A model generated the notes under the pieces. It was not told where the DNA came from. It worked only from the letters and a program-made list of their open reading frames with translations, and did not search any database. From assembly GCA_010093605.1 (NCBI GenBank), contig MU004183.1:372001-436000 (forward strand): DNA of 64,000 nt. The letters run 5' to 3'. Within the stretch, counting starts at the first letter, position 1. Every line of letters starts with the position of its first letter. A program made the position numbers and the translations under genes. Positions 51,765-64,000 of this stretch are shown in pieces. The DNA is from Lophium mytilinum. Taxonomy: Eukaryota.

Positions 51765-52966
51765 TTCATAGACAGGAAACAAAAAACGGTTAGAAGTAAT
51801 CAATATGTACAGGACAAGGCTCGCTAGACGGTGAAAATGGGGTATCAAAACAGAAAGAGTTTGCACAAAAGGTGGAATGGATGACAGTTGAGATGATGAG
51901 GAGAGCAACGTTGTAGATATTCAAGGTAGATTAATCAGGCACTAGACAGGGCTGATCCCACGCGCTATATCAGGATGCACTTGGAGACGGTGGCACCAGA
52001 GCGAAAAGGCCCATCGCCGCCCAGCTCCGGTGGCTCGCAGTTATGGAGCAGCGCCATGACCCAGTCCAATCAAATGCCGGACGTATTTGGCAACTGCCAT
52101 CTCACACCGACTGCGGATCGGGGCTGTACTTGCGCGATGCTGCTAGATCATGTAGGGAGGTGGCCGGTGGCACGGCTGGAGGAAGGTATTTTGGAAAAGT
52201 GGGGACCCTCAGTCCGGTCAGTATTGTAAATTTGTGTTTTGTAACTAGCGCTGGCGTTCCAGGAGCCAGACGAAGGATTCAGATCCCAGGCGCCATGGGT
52301 CCGATAAGCTCGACGTAGGCGAGAAGCTTGTCCATGCAGCTTATGTCCCAAGTGACAGGGCTGAGCCCAGTGCATGTTCGCTGGCAGCCAATCAGCGTAT
52401 CGTCTGAGCGCCTAGTCGTGACAGCGGCCAGGCTGTGAGGACCGGGCGTTTAGTCGACGTGGTGCATTTTGGGTATGACAAAGTCGAGATCTAATAATAA
52501 TGCTGTCTGACGTGGACGGCATGGGGATGGAGGGGTTGATTTAGATGGGAGGAAATGTACTACTATGATGCGTAGCTTGGAGAACGGTGATCCACGTGAC
52601 TCGAGTGAATGCAGGACTGCAAGAAATGTGTTTGAGAGCTGTAGATAGTGTCAACAGCGGGTAAAGAGTAACTTTAGATAGCAGTGTTACAATAAGCCTT
52701 GCATTCTATCTAGATGCTCTCGGCACTATTTAGGTGCTTTAGACAGCTTTGCAACTAGTCAGAGGTCTTTCTAAGCGTACTCCATCTACGACCTCTTGCA
52801 GTGACTACTTTCGGTCAGTCAATAGATATGAATGCTAGAATCTGTGTTTGTAAATGTGTATAGTGAATATATGTACGCTAGGGTTATACTACAGCGAGAA
52901 ACCACAAATTTCAAATGGCTATGCAATATACGCCCGTAGATGTAGCGCCTCCAAAACCCCAACAAA

Positions 52967-55900
52967 TCACCTCATTGGCGAGATCACCACATTTTCCAAC
53001 AGCGTCAGTACACTCGCATCCCAGCTCTGCGTCTCGCCCTTCTGGATCTGATACAACTCCTTGAATGCGCTCTCCCTAGATAATAGCCTCTGTGGTGAGT
53101 CGTACTCCACCAACTTTCCCCGATTCAATATCGCGACGGCATTAAAATCAATAATAGTGTCCAGCCGATGCGCAGCCGCAATGATAGTGCAGTTCGCAAA
53201 CTCGGTTCGAATGAGTCGCTGCATGAGGGCATCAGTCTTGACATCCACACTCGCAGTTGCCTCGTCAAGGACTAGAATGCTGCCTTTGCGCACCATAGCG
53301 CGAGCAAGGCAGAGGAGCTGGCATTGGCCATGGGAAAGCATGTCGGATGTGAGCTTATCGTCCAGCCAGCTCTCCATGAGGATGTGGCTAAGCTCAACTT
53401 TCTCCAAGGCGGAAACTATTTCTCTGTCGGAGCAGACGTGAAGCGGGTCGACGTTGTCACGGATAGAGCCGGAGAGAACGTAGGGGTCTTGTGGGAGTGC
53501 GATGATGCGGCTGCGGACGTCTTGTCGTGGGAGATCTGATATGTCAACGCCATCAATGAGGATCTTCCCGTGAGAGAGGTCGAGGAGACGAAGAAGGGAG
53601 GCAATCAGGCTGCTTTTCCCACTGCCGCTGCGGCCGCAGAGGGCAATCTTAGTACCTGGGACGATGTTGAGATTGATGTTATCGAGCGTAGGTCGCGAGG
53701 CTCCCTCGTGAGAGGCAGTGATGTTCTGGAATTCGATCGCGCCGTACATTGGCCACTGGTCTGGTGGGCTTTGGTTCTCATGCGGAAGATTCTCGGACTT
53801 AACTTCTTCGGTAAAGCTTCGAACTCTTGCAAGCGCGCCCATTGACGTCTCCAACAATGTCCAGTTGGTGATGAGTTGCTTCAGCATCTGAGAGAAGCCT
53901 ACAAGATTGGCGAGGGCCAGGCCAATGAGACCCGGGTCACTGCTGCCGCCCTTGGTGCTGACAGCAATGATAACTAGAATGACTGCGATCGTGCCCACGA
54001 TCAAATCCAATACCAGGTTCAGCCATCGTTGGATGCAGTAAAGTAAGTAGAAAGGCTTCTGAGACCTTGCGAGCGCTTCCAGGAAGCGGGTAAGATGCTG
54101 TCGCTCCCACTGGTAGGCTCGAATCGTGACGAGGCCACTCAGTAGCTCAAGGAAATGCGTGAAGAGATGTGCCTTGGTTTCAATGTCTAAGAGTCTGAGG
54201 CGTCGGCTAGTCCGGAGGTAGAATTTCTGCACCATGTAGACTACTACGAGGCAGAATGGCATCGCTGCACCGATGTACTTTGAGGCTGTCACGATGACTA
54301 GGAGCTGGGCGATGATAACGAACGCCATCATTGCGGTTCGGACTAAGGAAACAGGTAGCTCCATGTCGATAAGTTCGAGATCTTGGCTAAATCGATTTGT
54401 CGTGACCCCGGTGTCAGTCGCTGCAAAGAAACTCATGGGCGCGTTCAAAACAGTATCCAAAAGCCTTTGATGTAGTTTACGGCCAGATTCCGGAACCATT
54501 TTCATGATGAGGATCGAGCAAGCGAGAACCAGCGAGGAAATCGCCAAAACGCCCAGGAATGCGTAGATGGATAGATAGTACGTGATCCTTTCGTTAGGAT
54601 GCTCGGTGTTGTATTTCGCCCACCATTTCACCCATAAATCTATCAGGGCTTGTTAGTACTGTCTTGAAGATCCGCAGGAACAAAACTTACTTGGAAACGC
54701 CGTCCCGAATCCATAGAGAGCGCAAAAGCAGCAAAAAATAACCCAGCGAGTCCATCCAAACGTTTGAATGTAGTACTTATAGATGGTAAGGTCACCGGCC
54801 GCAGTCGTTTCTTCTACTGTGGTCAATTCCTTCTCCGTTTTCTGGCTTGCTCCGAATCCTCTCAAAGTATCCTTCTTCTCATCCTTTTCTTGCCTATATA
54901 TCGAGTGATCCGACAAAGTAGAACACAAGCTCCTAACGTAGCCGTCGTGAAGATACAGCTCTTCGAAAGTACCTTGCTCTGCGATGCTGCCTTCGGAGTC
55001 AAGAGCAATGATGTGATCAGCTTGGGACAGACGATGCACGGAGTTGGTAACCAAGATGACAGTGGTGTCTGTCTTCCTTAGAAGACCCTTATCGCCTAGA
55101 ATCGATTCGAAGACTTGTTCTTCAGTGGAAGCATCTAGTCCGCTCAATGAGTCGTCAATCATGACGATACTCTTGCGGAAGTAAAGCGCTCTTGCGATGG
55201 TCACACGGGCTTGCTGTCCGCCGGATAACGAGAGACCCTTGCTTCCAACAATTGTATCGTCCCCAAGTGGCATTTGCGAGAGATCGGTCTCAAGATCACA
55301 AGCCTGAAGTACAGTGTTGTACCAGTTCCGGTCGTAGTAGGTATCGTGAATGATATTCTCCTTCACCGTTCCGTTGACCAGCCAAGGGTTTTGAGCACAA
55401 TAGGCTATTTCGTTCGAAAAGGATCGGTAGAAACCTTGCGCTGTAGGCATCTCTCCTAATAGGGCCTTCAATAGAGTTGATTTGCCGCTGCTAACCGGGC
55501 CGACGATCATATTGAGACTTCCTTCTTTGATGGCAAAGTTCAGCCCACGAAGAGATGGCGGCTTGGCTAAGTCCCATCCACAACTAGCGTTATGAGCTAC
55601 GATACAATCTTTTTTGTTCGAAAACGTAGAATTGCTCGAGATACGTGAGAGATTGATGGTGGTTCCATCGATTGATTTCCGGGTTGGGAAAGTATTGAAC
55701 CGTGGGGAAGTAGAAGAGTCCCTTGAAAGCCTCTTTGACAGGGTATTGTAACGTGGAGAAGGGGAAGGGTCTCTTGATATTCTGCCCCTAAACGACTTGA
55801 AGTGTGCCGGCGAAACGCTTCGGGAAACTCGTCCGCGTAATGTAGTTGGCGGAGCAAGGGTATCGTTATCTCTTGATAGTCTAGCATCGAAAGTAGAATA

Positions 55901-57905
55901 TGGTGTAAGGTCTTCATCTTCCTCTCCTTTGAAAGTAGTGTACCGAGAGATACGTGAGAACCCGTCGTCTTCGGAATGGCGCTCATCAACCTCGGGGTGA
56001 TCTAGGAATCTTTTCTCTTCCTCGGCCTCAGCAGCAAAGTCAAACTCTTCAACCGCAGGACCTTTTGTAACTTTGATGGTAGAGCCCCCTGCCTTTTCCT
56101 CAGTGTTGAGATAGATCCGAATCCGCTCGAAGCAACCCATGGCTGTAATGAGTCCTGAGAGGGAGGTGATGAAAAAGGCTACGGGCTCCATAAGAAGTTG
56201 CAGCAACACCAAGGAGGTAAGGGCGCGGGATGTGTCCAAAGGAGCGTAACCTTGGTACTTTGCTAGCATAATGTACGTTCCTAGGGCGAACACAGGGCTC
56301 AACGACGTGCTGGTAAAGGATAGCGCGACGATTCTCACCAACAAGGCACGGAATCGTCTAGAGGTCGTGATTTCCTCTTCACGAAGGTTGCGGACCTGAT
56401 TGGCTAAGTGTGGGGTGAGACCTGTCATCTTGATCCCCTTCATCGCTCCTAACATGGAAGCGGTTGCGTCGATTCTGGTTTGGATACGGTCGAGCCACGC
56501 TTTCTGTGCATTGGCTAGCTTGGGAGAAGCTCCTATTGCGGCGCCGGTGCAAGCAAAGATGACCCCGAGCGGCACTAGGGCCGCCCACCGAATTTGTCTA
56601 TAGAGAAGCCAGACGGAGAGGGCTATTTCGAAAAAACTTGCCCACAGTTCGTGGACCTGTCTGAGCCCAGCTGTGATGCGCTCAACGTCCGCATTCATCA
56701 AAGTTACTGCTTCCGACTCTTTTAGGGCTGATGAGCTGAGTGTCAACGTTTTGCGGTATAGAAGGCCAACCAGAGTACCACGTAGCTTCGCGATGCTGCG
56801 GTAAGTTCGGTGTTGATGAAGACCGCCGGCAGTAGCATAGCCAGAGTAGACAATGACATATGCAGCGATAAGCCCATACCCAACTGCCGTGCGGTTTGCA
56901 TAGTCGTGCTTGATCAAGTAGCTCAGGACACGCTCCAGGAGGAAGGGTTGACTGAAGCTAAACCCAGTAGCACACATTCTGGGTATGATTGCGGATGCAA
57001 AAGTTCGCCAATGATGCCGAAGAGCAATCAAGAACAAGCCATTGGGTCGGGTTTTATAAGGCGCTAGATACGTTAGCGAATGAAGCGGCAAAGAATCCAA
57101 GTTACTTACACGTCTCCCACCTCTCGAATAAACCAAGAAGCTCTTTCTCTCCAACGAGAGCTGGCTGAAGCTCAAAGAGCCCACTCTCTTGCAACGGCGT
57201 CCGGTATCCTCGAAGCAGCATCGGGTTAACCCACCAGAAGGTCAAGCGACTGAAGAAACCACTTGTAGCCTCCGGTGAACTCTCTTTCACTACCAACCAC
57301 GCCTGCTTTCCCTTGAGTTCAAGACCAAGAAGGAAAACCTTGATCAATGTTGCTATCAGAAGCATGATAGCTAGTGGACGAGCCCCATGTGTAGCCCAAA
57401 GTGTTCGGGTTCGAGCTGCATCGAAGACGGCAGAAACGGTAAGGTATGTGGTGATAATAGTCGAAGGCCTGAGGGTCCGATAATGTTCGAAGTGTGAGAC
57501 GAGTCCAAGCATGCCCGTCGCTATGATACTGAAAACTGTGCATGCGACTTTTGCTCTCGTTTTGACGGTCTCGGGCATCGCTATTGCACCTAATGAAATG
57601 AGCTGGACTGCTCCATAGAGCAAGTAGCCAGCCTGGATTGAGTCAGCAAAGCCGATGAAGAGATACTGAAACTCGCATTCTAGGATTCTTACCTGTTTCG
57701 CAAAATGCCATGTTGGTCCACCAGATTTTATGCTGGCCTTGTGTAGTTTGTGGAGCCGCAGGAAGAGAAATGGCAATGCAACGATAAAGGGTATTATAGA
57801 AAGGAAAACCTCCTCAAAGAACAAAGTGAAATCAAACCCGCCATAGCAATGCGGATTGGCAGGGCCGAAGGCGTTCTGGGTATCTATTGAGCATGATGAC
57901 GCCAT
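52967..57905 (-). CDS. ABC transporter, ABCC/MRP type (TMD0-TMD1-NBD1-TMD2-NBD2), 3 introns
   Basis: FDFTLFFEE N-terminus; NBD1 GPVSSGKS/LSGGQ/IDDSLS; NBD2 GRSGSGKS/LSHGQ/LDEATA/AHRL. Confidence 0.96.
55660..55905 (-). repeat. Degenerate 16-17-aa Ser/Arg-rich tandem repeats inside the ABC transporter
   Basis: YSTFDARLSRDNDTLAP / PTTLRGRVSRSVSPAH / FKSFRGRISRDPSPSPR / YNTLSKRLSRDSSTSPR / FNTFPTRKSIDG; coordinates approximate. Confidence 0.65.
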
Positions 57906-59202
57906 CGCAATGTAGACAAAAGGAAAATAACGAAAGAAAGGATAGGAAAGCGAAAGGGTTGAAATCTAGTAGGAGATTGAACGGTCAGTTGAGTGCTGCG
58001 AGTTAGCAGTTGGCTAAGTCGATATGTGTGGAATGACGGCAACGATCGGAATGATCCATTCTTGGCGACTCTAATCCGGACGTTGCGCAGCACATTTACT
58101 CACAAGTCTATGTAACTAGGCTGTATGCTAGAGAGGCTGAGTTAGAAAATGGTACACATGGACTCCGAATATGCCGAGAATCCGCATGCTGTGGTTGGGC
58201 CATAAGCCAGTGGCAGCGCTGACGAGATGCACAAAGGCTACCATGTACAGCCCCCTGTGACGGCCGTCTTCCAGAAAAGTAATACAAGACGGTAAGATTC
58301 GCAAGTATTTTTAGGTCGTCTCGCCCGCCGACCGTGCGTGGTCATTGCAGCGCGATGCCCTGTACCGTCTGCGCCTCCCGCACGCCATGTGGCGCCTATC
58401 GACGGTGAACAAGACCCATATTATAAGGATGCAATGCTTGTCTAGCGGTCCCTGCATGGGTGATGGAATGGATGACGGTTGAGCTGGGAGGGCCGAAATG
58501 AAGGCGGAACTCCCACTGAGACGTTCCCTATGCGGCCCCCGCTCGTTGGCGAGCCCCGATGCCTGAAGCGGGGGGGAATGCTCACGTGCGAAACATCAAT
58601 GCATTCGGTCAGACTTCCATGCCTTAGATAGTCGTAGGAGTCATCGATCTGTACGAGCGGCTGACACGTTGAATGTGCTCGATATGGTCTCTTAGACATT
58701 CGTACCCCTGCGTGCTACTAATTGAGACGCTCCGAAGTATGTACTGTACTAACAGTCACCAGGGCAGCGAATACACTACTAATCTGTGTGCACCCTGTCG
58801 ATGTTGTCTGGGGTAGCCTCGCAGATTTACTAGTTGTCCAAAAAGACGAACTGCTCTTATTATGAAAGCTGAAAATACTCTGAGGCACCTTAAACAGTGG
58901 TGAACGAGTGTACGGATCTTCTTACCGAGGCCTTTGATCCGAAATTGAAGGCCGCGGATACACTTATATTCTGCATGCGCCTGTCAACGTTGTCGCTATT
59001 TCATTCACATCTCTGAAGACATGTTCAAGCACCTACGTCTGTGTGAAGAAAGTGTGGACACATTTAGGATGGGGCATTGCCGAATGGCAGTTGTAAATTA
59101 ATCCAAACCGATTCAATTACGCTGTGCTTCAGGTTTGAAGTGGTATCTATGTATGTACGCGCCCAAGAATATAAATTATAAGAGCAACCTAAACCCCACC
59201 AT

Positions 59203-60952
59203 CTAAGACGAAGCAGAGCGAAACCGGAGTAGAGGCCCGTCTTTCGACATGGTGATGTGGTCCTGGAGCTGAAACTCATCCGGACGATGCCTTCCGTACT
59301 CTGCCCCAATACTACCACCAGACTTGTCGCCTGTTGCGGTGTTGAAGTCCAACCTATACAGCACAACCGCCATCGTAAGCATCATCTCGACCAATGCAAC
59401 ACCCTTCCCGATACAGCCCCTTGGTCCTGTCGAGAACGGCACGAATGCGGAGGTCTGATCGATAGCTTGCTGTGTGGAAGCACCCTTCTCGACGAGCCAT
59501 CGGTCTGGATTGTACTTGAATGGATCTGCGAAGTAGTCTTCATTGTGGTGAACGCTGTAGATAGGCACGCCTACTTCGCATCCTCCAGGGATGAACTCGC
59601 CATTGACGACAGCACCGCCAGTTGGAACTTCGCGAGAAAGGGCGAGGCCTACTGAAGGAGACATGCGCATTGCCTCATCGATGCAGGCACGAAGGTAGCG
59701 GCAGCTGCTAAGCTTAGCGCCGCCTTTGATTTCGTCTTTGCTGTCGAAGGTAGCGCGGATTTCCGCAGCAGCGCGGGCATAGGCATCTGGGTTGCGGCTC
59801 AAGTAGAAAAAGATGGAAGCCATGGCGGTGGCGACGGTGTCAGCACCAGCAACTACGAGAGTAGTGCTCTCGGCAATGATTTCTGTGTTGTTGAAGCCAA
59901 GACCGGTTTCCGGGTCTTTTGCGTCCGAGAGGATTTGGAAGAGATCCTTGCGAGCCGTGCGGTCATTTCTCTTCGTGTCTCTAAGAAGCTTGCCGACGAA
60001 GCCAATGAATGCATTCCTAGCAGCGATGGCTTGGGGGAAGAGGACTTTGTCGAGGCGGAACATTTTGAGGATTGGTGCTTGCAGAATTGAGCTGACGCGG
60101 ATATTCGACGTCTCAATGACTTTAACGACGTAGCGGTAGGTTTCCCGTTCGAGCATGTTATACTTGCCTTGGAAAATCAAAGAGGTCATGATATCGAAGG
60201 CCAGGTAGTTGCACCACTGCGACATGTTCCGTATAGGGCTCCAGGCTTTCTCACTGTTTGAATTTTCGGTCTCCTCTTCGACAGTCTGAAGCATGCGATC
60301 GCAAAATCTGTTGATGATCTCGAGCATGGCAGGCTCGAAGTTGCGGATAACAGCATCAGAGAGACCTTGACTAATGACTCGGCGGCGGCGGCCATGGTCT
60401 TTCTTCTCCCTCACGGTGAGGGTGTTGAGGGCTTGGTGGACCATAGCCGAGTAGTTCTTGCTCTTTAAGAAATTCTTGTTTTGCGAATAGATATCTGAAT
60501 GATCCTTAGTATATGAGTATGGAAGCTAGGGTAAGTAGCATACCTTTGATGCCCGTAGCAGTGTTTACATTCAAGCGATTGGGCGCATAGCGGACAAACT
60601 CGCCATATTTCTGGTGGCATCGCCACATGTCAATATGGATATCCCCTTTCCATGCATGATAACCAGCGTAAAGATCGGTAAATCTGGCCAAAAAGGGGCC
60701 TGGATGTTTGGACAAGGGATGGAAGTAGACAGAGTAGATGATTTTAACGAAAACCTAAAGGAACATGTTAGTCTCGATAAGGATCTATCTTGATACGCCG
60801 GCGTGCAGAAGGAGAAAACCTACGTAGAAAACGAGGCCGAGTACCGCCAACGAGCACGCTGCAACCAGGCTATGACTTGAAGCATAGCGAATCGCCTTGG
60901 TGATGTGAATGGCCGTAGCCGTTGGAGGAACTACAACGAATGGAGTCGTCAT
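59203..60952 (-). CDS. Cytochrome P450 (benzoate-hydroxylase-like clan), 2 introns
   Basis: HPLSKHPGPFLA, HQKYGEFVRYAPN, VAGADT (I-helix), EAMR, PDRW and heme motif FSTGPRGCIG. Confidence 0.95.
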
Positions 60953-60993
60953 TGTAAAGTGAATGAGATAAAAGGGAAGTAGATAGGTGTGCT

Positions 60994-61088
60994 AAGGAGA
61001 TGGACTATGAAAGAGAACAGCGCACTGAACCAAGGAGATGGACCGTAAAGTTGAAAGGAGATTGAAATGTGAACGAAGGAGATGGACT
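60994..61088. repeat. Four direct repeats of AAGGAGATGGAC-like motif upstream of the P450
   Basis: AAGGAGATGGAC at 60994, 61032 and 61076; AAGGAGATTGAA at 61055. Confidence 0.7.
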
Positions 61089-62135
61089 AGGAAAGCTTCC
61101 AAATTCTTTGCATCATAATATATATGATCCATCATCTCCGCAGCAACCTAGCACAAGTCACGGACTGCTAGCCTACTGCCTACTCCCCTCAATCTAATCA
61201 TGGGTATTGGTGACTGAGAGAAGGGAAGACTCCGGCTCCTACGGCTCCAGCCTCAGAGACACTGCCGCCTTCCAGCCTCCACTCTCCTGATCAGACAGGC
61301 CATTGAAGACATTTCGGCAATGTCCCGAGGGATTTGTCGACGGACCTGTGCTGCGGTGAGTTCTAAATCAGGTAGTGCTGGTCAGTGGTAGCCCCAGTCG
61401 AGTATAGTGTGCAATGACAGCAGATACATTATGGATGTGATGGCCTGGAACGAGGCCAATGAAGAGACAGGGCTGGGAAGACGATTAATGCGTGCATTGT
61501 CGTTTCATGGAGTCGGTGAGGTAAGCCCGTAAGTTTACAAGACTCTACTGGGCTTAGCGTTGACCACTGGGCAGGACCCTGTGCACAAATACGCGCTATA
61601 TCGGTAGCGGCAAAACCCCTGACAGCGCACGCTCGCGTGGCTCGATCCGCGGGCGGGGTCCCAATCCTCTTCCCACCACCAATGCGGCGTCAGAATTGCC
61701 CCGTCGCTACATGCCCGTCTCACTCAGCCATCCGAGTGCTGAGCCCCGAAGATCAAGCCGCCGCTTCTAGGCCTGTGCTGAAAGCTAAGCTTTCGAAGCG
61801 ACACAGGTCTATCATGCTTCCATTTCGGGGCTGTACCGATCGTTGATGGGTTAGAAACGGGGCGCTACTGTGCTGCGGTCTGCCAGATTTCCAATTTTGT
61901 AAACAGCTCGACGTGAAGCAAGGTGCTTCTTGACTCCAGCCCGAGACTATCATGGTATTACACCAGAGTCGTCAGCTTCCTCATTGATTTGTATCATCTC
62001 CCTTTCCAGTGCCTTCCATTCGTCGCTCTGATACATTACTTCTCCACTCTAACTTTGGGTTGTGCTGAAACCTATATTGTATACTTCTTTCAACATTTCA
62101 TCCTTCATCAAACCACAGAATCTATCTCCGCAAAG

Positions 62136-64000
62136 ATGGACGCCCATTCAAGCCCGTCTAAGCGACAAGAGCTGTGTCACACTCTGCTCATAGAACTCCT
62201 TGCGTTTGTCTATCGTTCCGACTTCCTGCAATGTCTACTAATACGTTAGCCTGTAGACATCAGTTCTGCTCACCTGTGCGATGGACCGAGACGCAGGACC
62301 TGCTTCTGCACGACTTCAAGACCAAGAAGACCGTCGAAATCGGGCCGTCGGACACCCTTACAACGATGATGAAGAGAACTCATGATCTTACGTACCGACC
62401 TTTCGATACCGCCAATTCTGTGTCCCGGAATTTTCTATCGCTCAAACGTAACAAGAAGGACGTCTGTTTTCAAAGGGAGAGAACGGCGAGTCCGGCGAAG
62501 AAGGCGAAAGTGACCAGCACAAAGGCTGTAGTGTCACATCCTACCGTGGACCAGCCCACACCACCTATACCATCAACAGCGCCTGTAGCAGTGGCCGTTG
62601 GTCCCATTGAAGATGCTCCGGTGTCTGCTGTAGATATCATCATAACGATCGTTGCGGTGGCCTTAAAGAAGAGCCCGAAAGATCTTGCTCTTGACAGCTC
62701 TGTTAAGGTTCTTTCTGGAGGTAAGAGCTTGTACTGAGCGCCTACAATGACTTATTATAGAAATCCGTACACCTGTTTACCACTGCTTGGGGAGCTTCAC
62801 GGTATTTTCAACGCTTCGAATACAAGAAAATACAGCAGATACACCTCCAATCTGTGTACACCATTTTGGCACTGTTTGGGGTACCCTCACAGGTTTACCA
62901 GCAGTCCAGGATGCTATTTAATTTCCCTTAATTGGAGCGCTGAAAACATCATGAGGCTCTTCAAGCAGTGGTAAATAAGTTTACAGATATCTATAGCAAG
63001 GCACTGTACAAACTGTTTAACTAACTTCAAACAGGACGGTCTACCCTGCAAAATGAAATTACAGGCGACCTAGACACTGAGTTCGGGTCCGCACCTGATG
63101 GCGCAGAAGATGTTCCTCTAAAGGAGCTCGCCGCCATACTTCAGAAGTCTTTTACCGGGCAGCTAGGACGGCGTACGAAGTCCATGATTGACAAACTTTT
63201 CACCTCTAAGATGCCGGGTGGATTCAACTTAACCAAAGTGCGAAGCATGCTTGAACAAGACTACGGGTTTGGCGCAGGAAGACAGGACTCTATTCTCCTT
63301 TCCTCCCTTCAGGCTCCACCAGCAGTCCGATTTGACTCGGAAGATAAAGCCAGAGAATACTGGTCCAACACTGTTCAACTCTACATATCTGCTGCCGGTA
63401 TTCAAGTTCAAAAGACAACTACATCTTCCGGTGTGACTGGCGCTGCTATCAGCATCGATCCTAAGGCGCTGGAGGCACTGACAAAACGCAATGATAACTT
63501 CAATCGAGATATCTACGAAGCCTATGCTAGACATGTGGGCGATCAATCTGCGTCTAGTTCTGACGAGCTTGCGAAAATCCGGAACGACTTGAAAGACCTC
63601 CAAAGCGAACTTGATCTATGGAATCTGGAGCACGGCAATGAGTATGCGACTGGTATCAAGCCACTATTTGACCGTCGCAAGGCTCGCCAATACGACTCGT
63701 ACTGGAACTGGGCAGTGCAGGACCTCTTCCAAATCTACCACGGCATCCGTCAAGGCAGCCTCCATATTAACGATGAAGACCTGATCCCCCGCCGACAAGC
63801 TTTGCTCAATAAGTCATGCGCGCGTTTGATCTTCGCTCTCAATCATATGTTGGCTGAGATAAAGGCTGAAAAGTCACAGCCAATAGAAGTATCCAATTGG
63901 CTCGCGGAACTTCTCGTGGATTGCAAAAAGGCTCTCCACCGATCACCAGCTTTTGTTGCCTCCGCGAAGCTCACGAAACCGAGAACTACCATCGATGCCG
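62136..64000 (+). CDS. Fungal type I fatty acid synthase alpha subunit (ACP and start of KR region), 3'-truncated by window
   Basis: LLIELLA|HQFCSPVRWTETQD, VEIGPSDTL, ACP motif GG|RSTLQNEITGDL, SKMPGGF, EHGNEYATGI and YDSYWNWAVQD; second intron 62721-63034. Confidence 0.95.
62745..63006. mobile_element. MITE (Tc1/mariner-like), copy B, 262 bp, inside FAS alpha intron 2
   Basis: 45-bp TIRs (62745-62789 and 62962-63006) match at 36/45 positions; TA on both sides (62743-44, 63007-08); no coding capacity. Confidence 0.88.

Noticed and set aside
52305..52600. ACGT-core motifs (GACGTGG, CACGTG) upstream of FAS beta resembling the apicidin api-box TGACGTGA
   Set aside because: No exact match noticed in cluster promoters, and ACGT cores are common throughout the window.

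Overview
Intron-rich filamentous ascomycete (Pezizomycotina) DNA with about 23 protein-coding genes, modelled by hand from splice signals and ORF translations. It has three zones. (1) 1-13 kb, accessory/catabolic: a Baeyer-Villiger-type flavin monooxygenase ending in PTS1-like AKL, a SET-domain protein with a signal-peptide-like N-terminus, a bZIP regulator, a divergent ALDH/ADH pair and a BTB protein. (2) 14.9-29.1 kb, housekeeping: VPS35, ISA2, kynureninase, DNA polymerase alpha and REX2, interrupted by two tandem 5-exon genes for small secreted 6-Cys beta/gamma-crystallin-like proteins that the ORF track largely misses. (3) 29.8 kb to the right edge: a probable secondary-metabolite cluster with dedicated FAS beta and alpha, two P450s, a branched-chain aminotransferase, a hot-dog thioesterase, a TauD-type dioxygenase, MFS and ABCC transporters and a fungal TF-domain protein. 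This resembles the fatty-acid-to-2-amino-acid modules of the aspercryptin, apicidin and HC-toxin clusters; no NRPS is visible and the cluster is cut by the window edge. Two copies of a Tc1/mariner-like MITE lie in the cluster, one inside the FAS alpha intron at the ACP motif. No rRNA, tRNA or CRISPR was recognised. Family calls come from motif recognition only; no searches were run.
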